From Myxococcota bacterium (GTDB taxonomy: Bacteria; Myxococcota_A; UBA796; CAJQPC01): DNA of 64,000 nt. A program made the translations under genes and the position numbers. The DNA lies in NCBI GenBank assembly GCA_036229005.1, contig JAZAMN010000052.1, positions 416,001 to 480,000 on the forward strand, written 5' to 3'. This document shows positions 1 through 9,554 of this stretch, piece after piece. Numbering within the stretch: the stretch's first letter is position 1; every line of letters starts with the position of its first letter. The notes under the pieces are model-generated. The model was not told where the DNA came from. It made no database searches and worked only from the letters and a program-made list of their open reading frames with translations.

Positions 1-33
1 GATCTTGTTGAGGAGGGAGTCGAGGTCAGCCAA
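1..33 (-). CDS. Possible 5' end of the next gene (MADLDSLLNKI...), running off the window
   Basis: TTG at 33-31 preceded by AAGGGA (SD-like) and a TACAAT -10-like box at 59-54; only 11 codons visible. Confidence 0.35.
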   Translation of the reverse strand, partial: MADLDSLLNKI

Positions 34-60
34 AACAGGTCCCTTGACTGATCATTGTAG

Positions 61-702
61 TCACTTCTCAGCGCTGACAAGCCCTCGGACCACGCTCTGT
101 CGCCTTCCGACCCGCTGAAGCTCGGAGATCAGGACCGCCTGCAGGCAGTCGTGGGCGCTCTCCAGCACGTCATTGACGACGATGTACTGGAACTCCCCGC
201 AGGCATCGAGCTGCTCCTGGACCAAGCCCATCCGCGTGGCCACGGTGTCCTCGCTCTCGGTCCCTCTGGCGCGGAGGCGCTGCTCCAACACGGTGATCGA
301 GGTGGGCGCGAGGAAGATGGAAACACACTCCGGCATCGCCTCCCGGACCTGCCGGGCCCCCTGGACGTCGATGTCCAGGATGATGGACTCCCCGCGAAGC
401 AGCGCCTCCTCGACCGGGGCGCGCAGGGTCCCGTAGCGGTTGCCGTAGACCTCGGCCCACTCCAGGAAGGCCCCCTGCTCCACCAGCGCCTGGAAGCGGT
501 CGGGGTCCAGGAAGTGGTAGTCGACGCCGTCCCGCTCGCCGGGGCGCGGCCTGCGCGTGGTGGCGCTCACGGAGAACCCGATGTCCGGGACGCGGCCGAG
601 CGCCTCCCGCAGCAGGGTGGTCTTGCCGGTCCCGCTGGCTCCGGAGACGACGAACAGGGCGCCCGTGTCGGGGCGCTTCCACTGGGAGAGGTTCAGGCTC
701 AC
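61..702 (-). CDS. gmk: Guanylate kinase
   Basis: P-loop SGASGTGKTT, SATTRRPRPGERDGVDYHF, EWAEVYGNRYGT and LDIDVQGA motifs; follows yicC. Confidence 0.97.
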   Translation of the reverse strand: MSLNLSQWKRPDTGALFVVSGASGTGKTTLLREALGRVPDIGFSVSATTRRPRPGERDGVDYHFLDPDRFQALVEQGAFLEWAEVYGNRYGTLRAPVEEALLRGESIILDIDVQGARQVREAMPECVSIFLAPTSITVLEQRLRARGTESEDTVATRMGLVQEQLDACGEFQYIVVNDVLESAHDCLQAVLISELQRVGRRQSVVRGLVSAEK

Positions 703-706
703 GGCA

Positions 707-1579
707 TCACTCGACGTTGGCGATCTGTTCGCGCACCCGCTCCAAGGTGCTCTTCATCTCCACCACCAGGCTGGACACGCTGTGCTCGGCGGCCTTGCTC
801 CCGATGGTGTTGATCTCCCGGTTCATCTCCTGGGCCAGGAAGTCCAGGCGGCGCCCGATGGGCTCCCGGCGCTCCATGGCCAGGCGGAACTGCTTGACGT
901 GACTGCTCAGGCGCTGCAGCTCTTCGGTCACGTCGGCCTTGTCGGCCAGCAGCGCGGCCTCCTGGGTGAGGCGCTCGGTGTCCACCCGGTCGGAGACCAG
1001 CCGGGAGATCCGGTCCATCAGGCGCAGGCGCAGGCGAGCGTTCAGGCCGTCCGCCTCCAGCTCCACCTTCTGCCGGTGGTCATCCAGGTCGACCACCATC
1101 TCGGTCAGCGCGTCGTAGAGCGCCTGGCCTTCGCGCTTGCGCATCTCCAGCAGGTGCTCGGCGGCGGCGGTCACAGCGGTCTCGACCACGGGCCACTCAC
1201 CGGCGACGTCGACCTCCTGCTCCACCGTCGACATCACCCCAGGCATGGAGGCGATCCGGCTGATGCTGAGATCGTTGACCACCCCCGGGAGGGCCTCGCC
1301 CAGCTCCAGGAGGCTGGAGTGGTAGCTGCGAGCGAGGTGCTTGTCGATCACCACGCCCACACCGTTCCCGCCAACGACCCGGCGCACGAACACGTCCACG
1401 CGCCCCCGCCCGAAGCGCCCCTTGAGCAGCCCCTTGATGCGGTTCTCGAAGGCCATGTACTCGCGCGGCGTGCGGAGCTGCAGGTCCAGGAAGCGGTTGT
1501 TCACCGACTTCATCTCGACGACGATCGACACGCCCCCCGCGGCGGCCTCACCGCGGCCGTACCCGGTCATGGACTGCAT
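707..1579 (-). CDS. yicC: YicC/YloC family endoribonuclease
   Basis: N-terminal MQSMTGYGRG, SVNNRFLD; C-terminal GRRLDFLAQEMNREINTIGSK...REQIANVE; canonical position upstream of gmk. Confidence 0.95.
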   Translation of the reverse strand: MQSMTGYGRGEAAAGGVSIVVEMKSVNNRFLDLQLRTPREYMAFENRIKGLLKGRFGRGRVDVFVRRVVGGNGVGVVIDKHLARSYHSSLLELGEALPGVVNDLSISRIASMPGVMSTVEQEVDVAGEWPVVETAVTAAAEHLLEMRKREGQALYDALTEMVVDLDDHRQKVELEADGLNARLRLRLMDRISRLVSDRVDTERLTQEAALLADKADVTEELQRLSSHVKQFRLAMERREPIGRRLDFLAQEMNREINTIGSKAAEHSVSSLVVEMKSTLERVREQIANVE

Positions 1580-2526
1580 CAGAGCGCCGGCTCAGCGGGA
1601 CACCAGTCCCCCAGCCCGGAGCAGTCCCAGGCGCAGGCGTCGAAGCTGGAGAAGCTGCCCGTGCAGGTCGTGCCGTCGCTGGTGACGTAGGTGCCGCCAC
1701 CCTGGCCCGAGATGGTGCGCTCGGCGGTCCACCGCGCGACCTCGTTCTCGGTGCCCAGCTCGTAGTAGACCATCTCCTCGACCGTGGCCCCGGAGAAGCT
1801 GCGGGTCACGGTGTGGAAGTAGGAGAAGCCGTCGCTGCCCTTGACGTCGCCGGTGGTCTCGACCTCCAGCGCGCCCCCAGCCCGGCGCACGATGCTGTAG
1901 TCGTAGCTCAGGTCGGCGGACTCGTGGTTCCACCAGCTCAGCTCGCGGCCGTCCGAGTGGATCTCCCCGACGCCGTACTCCAGGTTGTCCCCGGTGCCAG
2001 AGGTCCCCTCCCAGGTGATCTTGTCCGCGGACACGATGGTGTAGTCCTGGGTGTACTGCGGGTCCCGGGGGATGAGCCCGTTCTCCTGCTCCTGGCGGTA
2101 GCGGCGGGTGCCCTCGCAGCCGGCGCGCGTGTGCCGCAGGATGTAGCTGTACTGACGGTCCAGGGCGTCCGTCTGGATGTACTTGCCCCGGATGTCGATG
2201 TTGCCGTTGCGGAAGATGGTCCCGTAGTTGTCGAACTCGGTGTCCGTCGCCAGGTTCTTGATGTAGTACCCGGACGAGAAGTTCGTCAGCCAGTCGAAGT
2301 TCCCGTTGGCCTGGTTGTACGAGCCCGCGATGAGCTGCTTGTACTCGCTGTCAGGCTCGATCCTGAAGGCCAGGTTGTTGGGCGCATCGCGCGTTCCCTC
2401 GCCCCGGTCCGCGGCGAAGGCCAGGTCAGCCTCCCACCAGTCCAGCACGGGGTACTCGCACGCGAGGTCCCGGTTCAGGTAGTTTCCGCCGTCGCCGCAG
2501 GCCAGCAGGCCCAAGATGAGCACCAT
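1579..2526 (-). CDS. Hypothetical lipoprotein, beta-rich
   Basis: MVLILGLLAC lipobox, GAGG SD, stop overlaps the yicC start. Confidence 0.75.
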   Translation of the reverse strand: MVLILGLLACGDGGNYLNRDLACEYPVLDWWEADLAFAADRGEGTRDAPNNLAFRIEPDSEYKQLIAGSYNQANGNFDWLTNFSSGYYIKNLATDTEFDNYGTIFRNGNIDIRGKYIQTDALDRQYSYILRHTRAGCEGTRRYRQEQENGLIPRDPQYTQDYTIVSADKITWEGTSGTGDNLEYGVGEIHSDGRELSWWNHESADLSYDYSIVRRAGGALEVETTGDVKGSDGFSYFHTVTRSFSGATVEEMVYYELGTENEVARWTAERTISGQGGGTYVTSDGTTCTGSFSSFDACAWDCSGLGDWCPAEPAL

Positions 2527-2550
2527 CTCTGCACCTCGAAGGGAGAGTGG

Positions 2551-3666
2551 TCATACAACCCCGGGGGGGCTCCCGCAAGCCGGACGCAGGCCCACGCCCG
2601 CCCACACATCCAGCACGCCATCGGCCTGTGCGGCAAGTGTGAAGCCGGCTTTCACGCGCTCGCGGGCAGCCTGTCCTCGCTGGTGGAGGGCGTGTTGGGA
2701 TCGAAGGGCGGCCTGCAGGGTGTCCCGAAGGTGGACCACCGACCCCTGGGGCACCACCCAGCCGACCTCCTCATCCACCAGATCCTCCAGGCCCGGCAGA
2801 TCGGTCGTGATGACGGGCAGTCCGGCGGCCATCGCTTCCATCAGCGCCACCGGCAGGCCATCGCGGTCTCCGTCGGGCGCCACCTGGCAAGGGAGGACGA
2901 AGGCAGCGGCGCGGTGCATCAGGCTGCGGATCTCCACCGCCGAGCACGCCCCGTGACTGCGCACCCCGGCCCTCTGCGGAGCAAGCGAGGTCACCCCGAC
3001 GATGTCCAGCTCCACATCGGGCAGACCGCCCAAGGCAGACAGGAGGGTGCCCAGGCCCTTCTTGGGGACGTCGCGGCCCACGAACAGCAGCGGTCCGCCT
3101 GCCTGGGGGCCCGGACCGGCCCAGAACTCCGGCTCCACCCCACAGGGCTGGACCTGGGGCCGGACTCCGCTGCGCTGGAGGATGCGCTCGGCGTTGTGGT
3201 GGGTCACGGTGAGCACCGCGGCGGCGTCCCGCAGGAGCGTGTCCAGGCTGGGGCGCGGCTTGAAGAGGTCGACCGCGTGGACCGTGAGCACGTAGGGCAG
3301 GCCCAGGACCTTGTGCGCCACCCAGGCCCACTCCGCGGCCTCTCCGGCGAAGTGGCAGTGGATGCCGTCCACCCCGGAGAGGGTCTCCAGAGCCCAGAGC
3401 GCGCGGGCGCAGTCCTTGGGGCGTTGGTGCTGGGAGAGCCAGCCGATGGCCTCGCGGGTGGTGGGATCCTTGAGCTGGGAGAGGCCCCGCAGAGCCCGGC
3501 GCGGTGGGTACACGCAGTCCCAGGGCGCCTTGACCCCGCCCTCCTCCCGGGCGCCGATCGCGAGGGCCTGGACCTGGACGCCGCGGGCCTTCAGGGCGGC
3601 CGCCTCCCGGTAGACGAAGGTCTCGCTGGCCGTGGGGTAGTAGCGGAGCCAGTAGGCCAGGCGCAT
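2551..3666 (-). CDS. Glycosyltransferase family 4 (WcaL-like)
   Basis: Start MRLAYWLRYYPTASETFV overlaps the upstream stop (TGATG); HCHFA; GDRDGLPVALMEAMAAGLPVITT. Confidence 0.9.
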   Translation of the reverse strand: MRLAYWLRYYPTASETFVYREAAALKARGVQVQALAIGAREEGGVKAPWDCVYPPRRALRGLSQLKDPTTREAIGWLSQHQRPKDCARALWALETLSGVDGIHCHFAGEAAEWAWVAHKVLGLPYVLTVHAVDLFKPRPSLDTLLRDAAAVLTVTHHNAERILQRSGVRPQVQPCGVEPEFWAGPGPQAGGPLLFVGRDVPKKGLGTLLSALGGLPDVELDIVGVTSLAPQRAGVRSHGACSAVEIRSLMHRAAAFVLPCQVAPDGDRDGLPVALMEAMAAGLPVITTDLPGLEDLVDEEVGWVVPQGSVVHLRDTLQAALRSQHALHQRGQAARERVKAGFTLAAQADGVLDVWAGVGLRPACGSPPGVV

Positions 3667-4805
3667 CAGCCCAGGGTCGCCTGCAGGATGGGGAGCAGCT
3701 CGCGGGCGCGGGCCTTCCATGAGCGGAGGCTGCGGCGGCGTTGACGGCTGGGCGGCACCAGAGAGCGCTGGATGGCGGCGGCGAGTCCCCGGGCGTCTCC
3801 GGGGCGGAACCACTGGGCGTCCTGGGGCTGGAGCACCTCGCGCAGAGAGCCGACGTCGGCGACGACAAGGGGCAACCCGACAGCGCGATAGTCCCATAGT
3901 TTCAGTGGGTTGCAGAGCCTCTGGCCGAAGAGGTTGTCGTCCAGGGGGAGCACGGCGGCGTGCCAGCGCTGGATGTGGTCTGGCACCTGCTTGTAGGGCA
4001 GCTCACCGGCCCAGCGCACCCGCGGCGGGAGCGGGCCCAGGGCGTCCAGCTCGGCCTGGGTGCCGCCCAGCAGCTCCAGGACCACCCCTGGCCCCAGCAG
4101 TGCGGCGGACTCAAGCAGCGTGTGCAGGCCCTTGTAGGGGCGCAGGGAGCCCGCATAGCCGACCACGATCTCCGCGCCGGGGCGGTGCTCTCGGACCCGG
4201 CTGGGGTTGGTGGCGTTGTAGACGACCGCCCGGTTGGCCGCCATCAGCCCGGGGTGGGCCTTGTCCAGGTCCTCCAGGGTGCCGCGGGTGTTGCCGACCA
4301 CGCCCTCGGCCAGAGCCAGCAGGCGGGCCTCCAGGCGCTCCATGGCGCGGGGGTTGTCGCCGCGCTCGCGGGCCAGGGCGGAGTCGACCTCGTGCGCCTC
4401 CAGGACCAGCGGCGGGCCGAAGGGGATGCTCATCAGCTCGTCGGCGTAGGCCTTGTTCCGGGCCAGGATGACGCTGCGGTAGGGCCGGTGGATCATCGCC
4501 TGGACGCTCCACTTGAGCACCTGCCAGCGGAACCAGAGGCCCCCCAGGGTCTTGTGGCCGGGCTCCGGGATGCGCAGGTCCAGCGATGCCACGTCGGGCA
4601 GGTCGTAGAAGCGCAGGATCTCCTCGCGGCTGGTGGGCTTTCCGTCGGCCCGCTGGTCCGCGATGAGGGTCACCTGGCAGCCGAGCTCCGCCAGCGCGTG
4701 GGCCGTCCCCAGCACCTGGATCGACTGCGCGCGCGTGTCCGGCAGGCGGGGCCGGTAGAGCACCAGCACCGAGATGGGGCCGTCCTTGCTCGGCAGGGCT
4801 TTCAA
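3666..4805 (-). CDS. Glycosyltransferase family 4
   Basis: TTG start overlapping the upstream stop; YAGSLRPYKG and NPLKLWDYRAVGLPLV GT-B motifs. Confidence 0.85.
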   Translation of the reverse strand: MKALPSKDGPISVLVLYRPRLPDTRAQSIQVLGTAHALAELGCQVTLIADQRADGKPTSREEILRFYDLPDVASLDLRIPEPGHKTLGGLWFRWQVLKWSVQAMIHRPYRSVILARNKAYADELMSIPFGPPLVLEAHEVDSALARERGDNPRAMERLEARLLALAEGVVGNTRGTLEDLDKAHPGLMAANRAVVYNATNPSRVREHRPGAEIVVGYAGSLRPYKGLHTLLESAALLGPGVVLELLGGTQAELDALGPLPPRVRWAGELPYKQVPDHIQRWHAAVLPLDDNLFGQRLCNPLKLWDYRAVGLPLVVADVGSLREVLQPQDAQWFRPGDARGLAAAIQRSLVPPSRQRRRSLRSWKARARELLPILQATLG

Positions 4806-5818
4806 AGGCTCTCCATCAGGGTGCGCAGGGCGGCGTCGGGGCCGTGGTGGGTCTGCGCCCAAGCGCGGGCGCGGGTGCGGGCCCCCTCATCATCGAGCAT
4901 CGCGCGCACCAAGGCCAGATCGGGCCGATCCGGATCGGCCAGAAGCAAGCCGGCACCGATGGCCTCGGGGATCCCCCCGGTCGGGGCGCCGATCACCGGG
5001 GTGCCGCGCTCCTGCGACTCCACCAGCACGATGCCCAGGCCCTCGGCGCCGTAGCCCTGGGGGTCCTCGCGGGACAGCAGCAGGGTCGCGGCGCTGGACC
5101 CCATGACCTCGCCGGCGCGCTCTCGCTCCAGCCGGCCTTCAAAGCGCACCCTGGCCTTCTGGCGGTGGGCCAAGGCCTGGAGTGCGCCCAGGGCCCTCCC
5201 CTCCCCCACGACCACCAGCTCCCGGTCCAGCGCCCGCGCCAGGTGAATGGCCCGGTCCACGCCCTTGAGCTCCGTCAGCCGCGCCACGACGCAGAGGGAA
5301 TCGCCGCCCAGACCGGGGGTCTTTGTGTGCGGGAGAGGGAGCGGCAGGACCTTGGCCGGCACACCCGCCTCCACCGACAGACCCGCCAGGTGCCCGGACA
5401 CCGCGAACACCGCATCCATCGACGAGGCCACGCTGCGGTAGAGGTCCAAGTCGACGCCGCGGGCGCTGATCTCCGAGCCGTGCAGGCAGAGCGCGCGCCA
5501 GATCCCCTTTGGAAGTCTGGGCCCCAGTCGCGCCGCCAGCGGCCAGGTAGCAAAGACCACCCGGTCCCCGGGCTGGAGGGATCTGGGGAGCTGCAGGCGC
5601 ACCCAGAGGGCCTGGTGCTTGTTCCAGCTCCGGCCCCAGAGGCGCCTGACCGGAAACGGGAGCCCGCGGTCATGCTCCAGGTCCCCAGGCGCGCTGCGGG
5701 CGTGGACGATGACGGGCTGCCCCGCGTGGTGCAGAGCGGCCGCCAGGTCCCCCACCCAGCTCGCGACTCCGCCGGTGGCCCGCGGCGGGAAGTCGAGGGT
5801 GACCAGGTGCCAGGTCAT
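4802..5818 (-). CDS. Glycosyltransferase family 4 (PimB-like)
   Basis: VTLDFPP..GG, VARLTELKG, EGLGIVLVES..GTPVIG...GGIPE. Confidence 0.9.
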   Translation of the reverse strand: MTWHLVTLDFPPRATGGVASWVGDLAAALHHAGQPVIVHARSAPGDLEHDRGLPFPVRRLWGRSWNKHQALWVRLQLPRSLQPGDRVVFATWPLAARLGPRLPKGIWRALCLHGSEISARGVDLDLYRSVASSMDAVFAVSGHLAGLSVEAGVPAKVLPLPLPHTKTPGLGGDSLCVVARLTELKGVDRAIHLARALDRELVVVGEGRALGALQALAHRQKARVRFEGRLERERAGEVMGSSAATLLLSREDPQGYGAEGLGIVLVESQERGTPVIGAPTGGIPEAIGAGLLLADPDRPDLALVRAMLDDEGARTRARAWAQTHHGPDAALRTLMESL

Positions 5819-6657
5819 CGCCGGCGCTCCTGGATGGCCTGCACGACGACCTCCACGGCGAGGTCCTGGAGGCAGGCGTGGTCACGCAGGGGGCAGCGGG
5901 GGCCCCCGTGCTTGGAGCAGGGCGAGCAGGGCAGGCCCAGGTGCAGCGGCGGGCTGGCGTGCGACCAGAAGCCGTCCAGGGGATGGGTGGGCCCAAAGAG
6001 CGGCACCGTCGGGATCCCGCAGGCCGCGGCGAGGTGCATCAGCCCGGTGTCCCCTCCGACCACCACGCCGCTGTGGGCCAGAGCCTCCAGGGTGCGCTCG
6101 ACGCCGGACTCTGCGATGCAGCGGTCCTGGGGGTGGGCCAGGGACTGCAGCAGGGTGTCCTCGTCTGGGCCCCCAAGCCAGATCACCGGCTCGGACAAGG
6201 CCCGGCGCAGCGCGGCAAAGTGTGGCCAGCGCTTGGTCGCGTGGGCGGCGCCGGGCACCAGGGCGATGCGGTGGTCCAAGGTGTCGAGAGCAATCCAGGG
6301 CCCCTCGGAGACCGGGACCCCTGCAGCATCCGCGTAGCGCTGCACCACCGGCGTCGCCGGGCGCTGGGACTTGGCCCACACCCGCATCAGGCGCAGCGGG
6401 CGCTCACTGTCCACCCGGCTCGGGGAGCGGCCCCGCAGCAACGCCCGAGAGCGGCGCGAGTTCTGCAGGTCCACGGTGGCTTGGGTCTGGGCCAGCGGAG
6501 ATTGGGGATCCACAGTCGCCACCACCCCCTGGAAGCGGGCGACGAGGGGATGCAGGCGCGGCTTGGTGAGGAAGTGCACCTCCCCGATTCCGCCCGTCAC
6601 CCCAGACGCGAGCACCACGTCCCCCAGCGAGGACAAGCGACAGAGCAGCGTGCTCAT
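5815..6657 (-). CDS. Glycosyltransferase family 9 (LPS heptosyltransferase-like)
   Basis: RLSSLGDVVL, PGAAHATKRW, GDTGLMHLAAA, LFGPT; ATGA overlap with the upstream gene. Confidence 0.9.
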   Translation of the reverse strand: MSTLLCRLSSLGDVVLASGVTGGIGEVHFLTKPRLHPLVARFQGVVATVDPQSPLAQTQATVDLQNSRRSRALLRGRSPSRVDSERPLRLMRVWAKSQRPATPVVQRYADAAGVPVSEGPWIALDTLDHRIALVPGAAHATKRWPHFAALRRALSEPVIWLGGPDEDTLLQSLAHPQDRCIAESGVERTLEALAHSGVVVGGDTGLMHLAAACGIPTVPLFGPTHPLDGFWSHASPPLHLGLPCSPCSKHGGPRCPLRDHACLQDLAVEVVVQAIQERRR

Positions 6658-7517
6658 CGCTGCAGCTCCCGGAGCGCGGCCTGGACCTGAGATACAGGCT
6701 GCATCAGGCAGTGGACCTGGGGCTTGGGGCATCCCTTGGCGTAGCAGGGCCAACAGCTCGGGGGGCCGCTGGGCTTGACGGGGAGGCTCCCCTGAGCGCC
6801 GGTCTGGAGCGGGTCGGTGCTCCCGTGCACCACGACGGTGGGGACCCCGGCGGCGCGGGCCAGGTGCGAGAGACCGCTGTCGTTGACCACCAAGGCGTGG
6901 GCGCGCTGAAGCTCGGCGGCCACCAGGCCCAGATCGCGGTGCTGCACCCGAGGCAGGTGGGGCAGCGGCTCCCAGCGCTCGTCGGGGCCCAGGTAGACGA
7001 CCACCGGACGATCGCTCTGCTGGGCCAGTTCGGCGAACCCGGGCCACATCACCGAGCTCCCGGAGGGCGAGAGGGGTGCGATCGCGAGGTGACCTGGGGG
7101 CATGCACGCCCGCAGCACATCGTCCGGGCTGGGCTGGAAGCGCGGGGCCTCTGTGCACTCCACCCCCAACAGCGAGGTCACCCTGGCGTATTCCTTGCTG
7201 CGGTGCTCACCGGGCACTTGGGGGGTGCTCCGCGTCAGGATCAGGCGCCGCCCCTGGCCCTGCACCCCGACCCGCTCGGGCAGGTGCCGCAGCCCCCACG
7301 CCGAGGAGAAGCTGGGCGCCAAGGTGAGGCCCCGATCCCCGGCAGGCCGGGCCTTGGGAGCGTGGAACTCCAGCCCCAGGCCGCGGTAGAGGGTGGCCGC
7401 CCAGGGGGGCCCGAGCAGGTGGACGCGATCATGGGCCTTGGACAGGGCGGTGACCGCCGGCAGGGCCATGACCCCGTCCCCCAGGTGGTTGGGGGCGCGG
7501 AGCACCAAGGTGGGCAT
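6654..7517 (-). CDS. Glycosyltransferase family 9 (WaaF-like heptosyltransferase)
   Basis: RAPNHLGDGVMALP, NDSGLSHLARA, HGSTDP, C-terminal CWPC...C...C. Confidence 0.88.
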   Translation of the reverse strand: MPTLVLRAPNHLGDGVMALPAVTALSKAHDRVHLLGPPWAATLYRGLGLEFHAPKARPAGDRGLTLAPSFSSAWGLRHLPERVGVQGQGRRLILTRSTPQVPGEHRSKEYARVTSLLGVECTEAPRFQPSPDDVLRACMPPGHLAIAPLSPSGSSVMWPGFAELAQQSDRPVVVYLGPDERWEPLPHLPRVQHRDLGLVAAELQRAHALVVNDSGLSHLARAAGVPTVVVHGSTDPLQTGAQGSLPVKPSGPPSCWPCYAKGCPKPQVHCLMQPVSQVQAALRELQR

Positions 7518-8864
7518 TCAGCTTTCCCTGAGCTCGCTCTCGGGGCCGCGGGCGCCGATGGCCTCTGCAGGGGGAAGCCGCAGGCGGATGAGGCGGCGCA
7601 GGGACAGACGCCGGGCGAGCCCGAACAACAGGGTGGCCGAAGCGGCGACGCCGAACACCACGAGGCCGAGGCCGACCACAGGAAGCGCGGCTGGCCCGCC
7701 GATCAGCAGGCTGAGCACCGCAAGCAGTCCTCCCAGCCACGCCATCAGGAGCGCCCCGGCGAGCCCTCCCGCCCGCAAGCGCAGGCCTCGGATCGCGGGG
7801 ACGAGGTCGGACAGGCGCGCGGCATGCTGGGCCTTGGCCAAGAGGCGGTCTCCGCGCCGCATTCGGCCTCCCCGCAGCTCGAGCAGGCCGGCAAGGAGCC
7901 AGATCTGGGGCAGTCGGGCGCTGCCTCTGAGCCCCTGGAGCTGCTCCAACGAGGCGGCCAGGCGGCCCTGCTTGAACAGGGAGAGGGCCAGCAGGTAGCG
8001 CAAGGTCGTGTCCTGGGGGAGCGCGCCCAAGCCGATGCGGGCAGCCGTCTCGGCCTCGCTGTGGGCGCCAACCTGCTCGGCGATGGTGGCGCAGGCGACA
8101 GCGATCCTGCGCGAGTAGGGGCTCAGGAGCTGGGCCTGCTCCAGGTGCTCCAGGGCCTGCTCCAGGTCCGCATGAGCGATGGCGCGCAGGCCCTCGTCCC
8201 AGGAGGGGTTCTCAGGCTCCTGGGGCTCGCAGTCCTCGAACTCACCCAGGGGGGCGTCGGCGTGAGCGCCAGGGCAGGACAGGACCAGCCCGCAGTCGCC
8301 GCTGTGGTGGAAGGCCACGAGCGCTTCGACGTCAGGGCCTTGGCTGCTGCGCAGCACCCGCAGGTTCTCGAAGAAGGCCTCGCGCGCCGGGCAGCTTCCG
8401 TAGTGCTGGAAGCGGAACAGGGACAGCAGGTAGGGCACCCCGCTCTCAGGGTGGCTGAGGTACCAGGTCTGTGGGGAGGACTCTGGGTCGTCCATGCGCT
8501 CCAGCGCGACGAGCTGGAGCTGCAAGTCCCCGAAGCAGCGCCGCAGGAAGGCGGAGACCTCCCCAGCGAACTCTCCGGTGTCCTCGGCCGACACGGCCAG
8601 GTCCGAGAAGCCGTAGCGGCGGTAGTAGGACTGGCGGAGCTGGCGGATCCGCTGTCGGCAGTGGCTGACCTCGGCCCGCACCAGCTCGGGATCCGTGTAG
8701 CGCCCGGGCGCCGACGCGATCCGCCGCTGATAGAGCCGAACGCTGCTCTGGAAGGAGTAGCGCCGGACCACCCCATCGCGCCCGACGATCTCCACCGGAA
8801 AGACCACCTGCTGGGTGTAGTCCTTGCGGGAGTAGCGCTGGAGTCTGCTTTCTTTGTTGTCCAC
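7518..8864 (-). CDS. Hypothetical protein: unrecognised N-terminal domain, TPR-like helices, two C-terminal TM helices
   Basis: Coding-like ORF abutting the GT9 start; TPR-like segments (ALEHLEQAQLLSP, YLLALSLFKQGRLAAS); hydrophobic C-terminus. Confidence 0.75.
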   Translation of the reverse strand: MDNKESRLQRYSRKDYTQQVVFPVEIVGRDGVVRRYSFQSSVRLYQRRIASAPGRYTDPELVRAEVSHCRQRIRQLRQSYYRRYGFSDLAVSAEDTGEFAGEVSAFLRRCFGDLQLQLVALERMDDPESSPQTWYLSHPESGVPYLLSLFRFQHYGSCPAREAFFENLRVLRSSQGPDVEALVAFHHSGDCGLVLSCPGAHADAPLGEFEDCEPQEPENPSWDEGLRAIAHADLEQALEHLEQAQLLSPYSRRIAVACATIAEQVGAHSEAETAARIGLGALPQDTTLRYLLALSLFKQGRLAASLEQLQGLRGSARLPQIWLLAGLLELRGGRMRRGDRLLAKAQHAARLSDLVPAIRGLRLRAGGLAGALLMAWLGGLLAVLSLLIGGPAALPVVGLGLVVFGVAASATLLFGLARRLSLRRLIRLRLPPAEAIGARGPESELRES

Positions 8865-8922
8865 TGCCGTGCCACGGTCCGGATCCAGAGGGTAGCACCC
8901 CAGCCTCCGGATCGGGCAGAGA

Positions 8923-8948
8923 TGAAATAGACCCTGTGCGGTCCCGTA
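8923..8948 (+). promoter_or_regulatory. ECF-type (SigW-like) promoter TGAAAT-N16-CGTA
   Basis: TGAAAT 8923-8928, 16-nt spacer, CGTA 8945-8948, directly upstream of the ECF gene; B. subtilis sigma-W consensus is TGAAAC-N16-CGTA. Confidence 0.65.
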
Positions 8949-9029
8949 GAACCCCTCGGATGTCCTGCAAAGGAGGAACCCAAACTGGCCCTACGACTGC
9001 TGGAACGCGAAGGCTTCGACGAGATCGAG

Positions 9030-9554
9030 ATGGTGTTGGCCGCCCGTGATGGGGATGCCCGCGCCCGCGCTTGGATCGTCGAGCGCTACACCCCTGCCGT
9101 GTACCGGTTCTGCATGCGCTTCCTCCGCAACGAGGAGGACGCTCGGGACGTCACGCAGGACACCCTGATCAAGGTGATGCGCAACCTGCACCGCTTTGAT
9201 CCCAAGCGACGCTTCTCCACCTGGGTCTTCTCGATCGCCCGCAACACGGCCATCGACGAGACCCGCCGGCGCAAGCGCCTGGCCCCCGAGCCCAAGAAGG
9301 AGCCCGCCTACGAGGGCCCCTCCCCCATGGAGGAGACCCGCGCCAGTCGGCGCGCCGACCGGCTCCATGAGGCTCTGGCCGAGCTGCCCCCCAAGTACCG
9401 CGAGGTGCTGGTGCTCTACCACTTCGAGCACCTCAAGTATCAGGAGATCGCGGACGCTCTGGAGATCCCCATCGGCACGGTGATGAACCGGATCTTCCGG
9501 GCCCGTCAGCGCCTCCGTTCGATCTACGACACCGACGAGTACACCCTGGCATGA
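9030..9554 (+). CDS. ECF RNA polymerase sigma factor (true start may be CTG at 8985)
   Basis: Region 2 DARDVTQDTLIK...FSTWVFSIARN; region 4 LPPKYREVLVL...YQEIADALEIPIGTVMNRIFRAR. Confidence 0.95.
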   Translation: MVLAARDGDARARAWIVERYTPAVYRFCMRFLRNEEDARDVTQDTLIKVMRNLHRFDPKRRFSTWVFSIARNTAIDETRRRKRLAPEPKKEPAYEGPSPMEETRASRRADRLHEALAELPPKYREVLVLYHFEHLKYQEIADALEIPIGTVMNRIFRARQRLRSIYDTDEYTLA

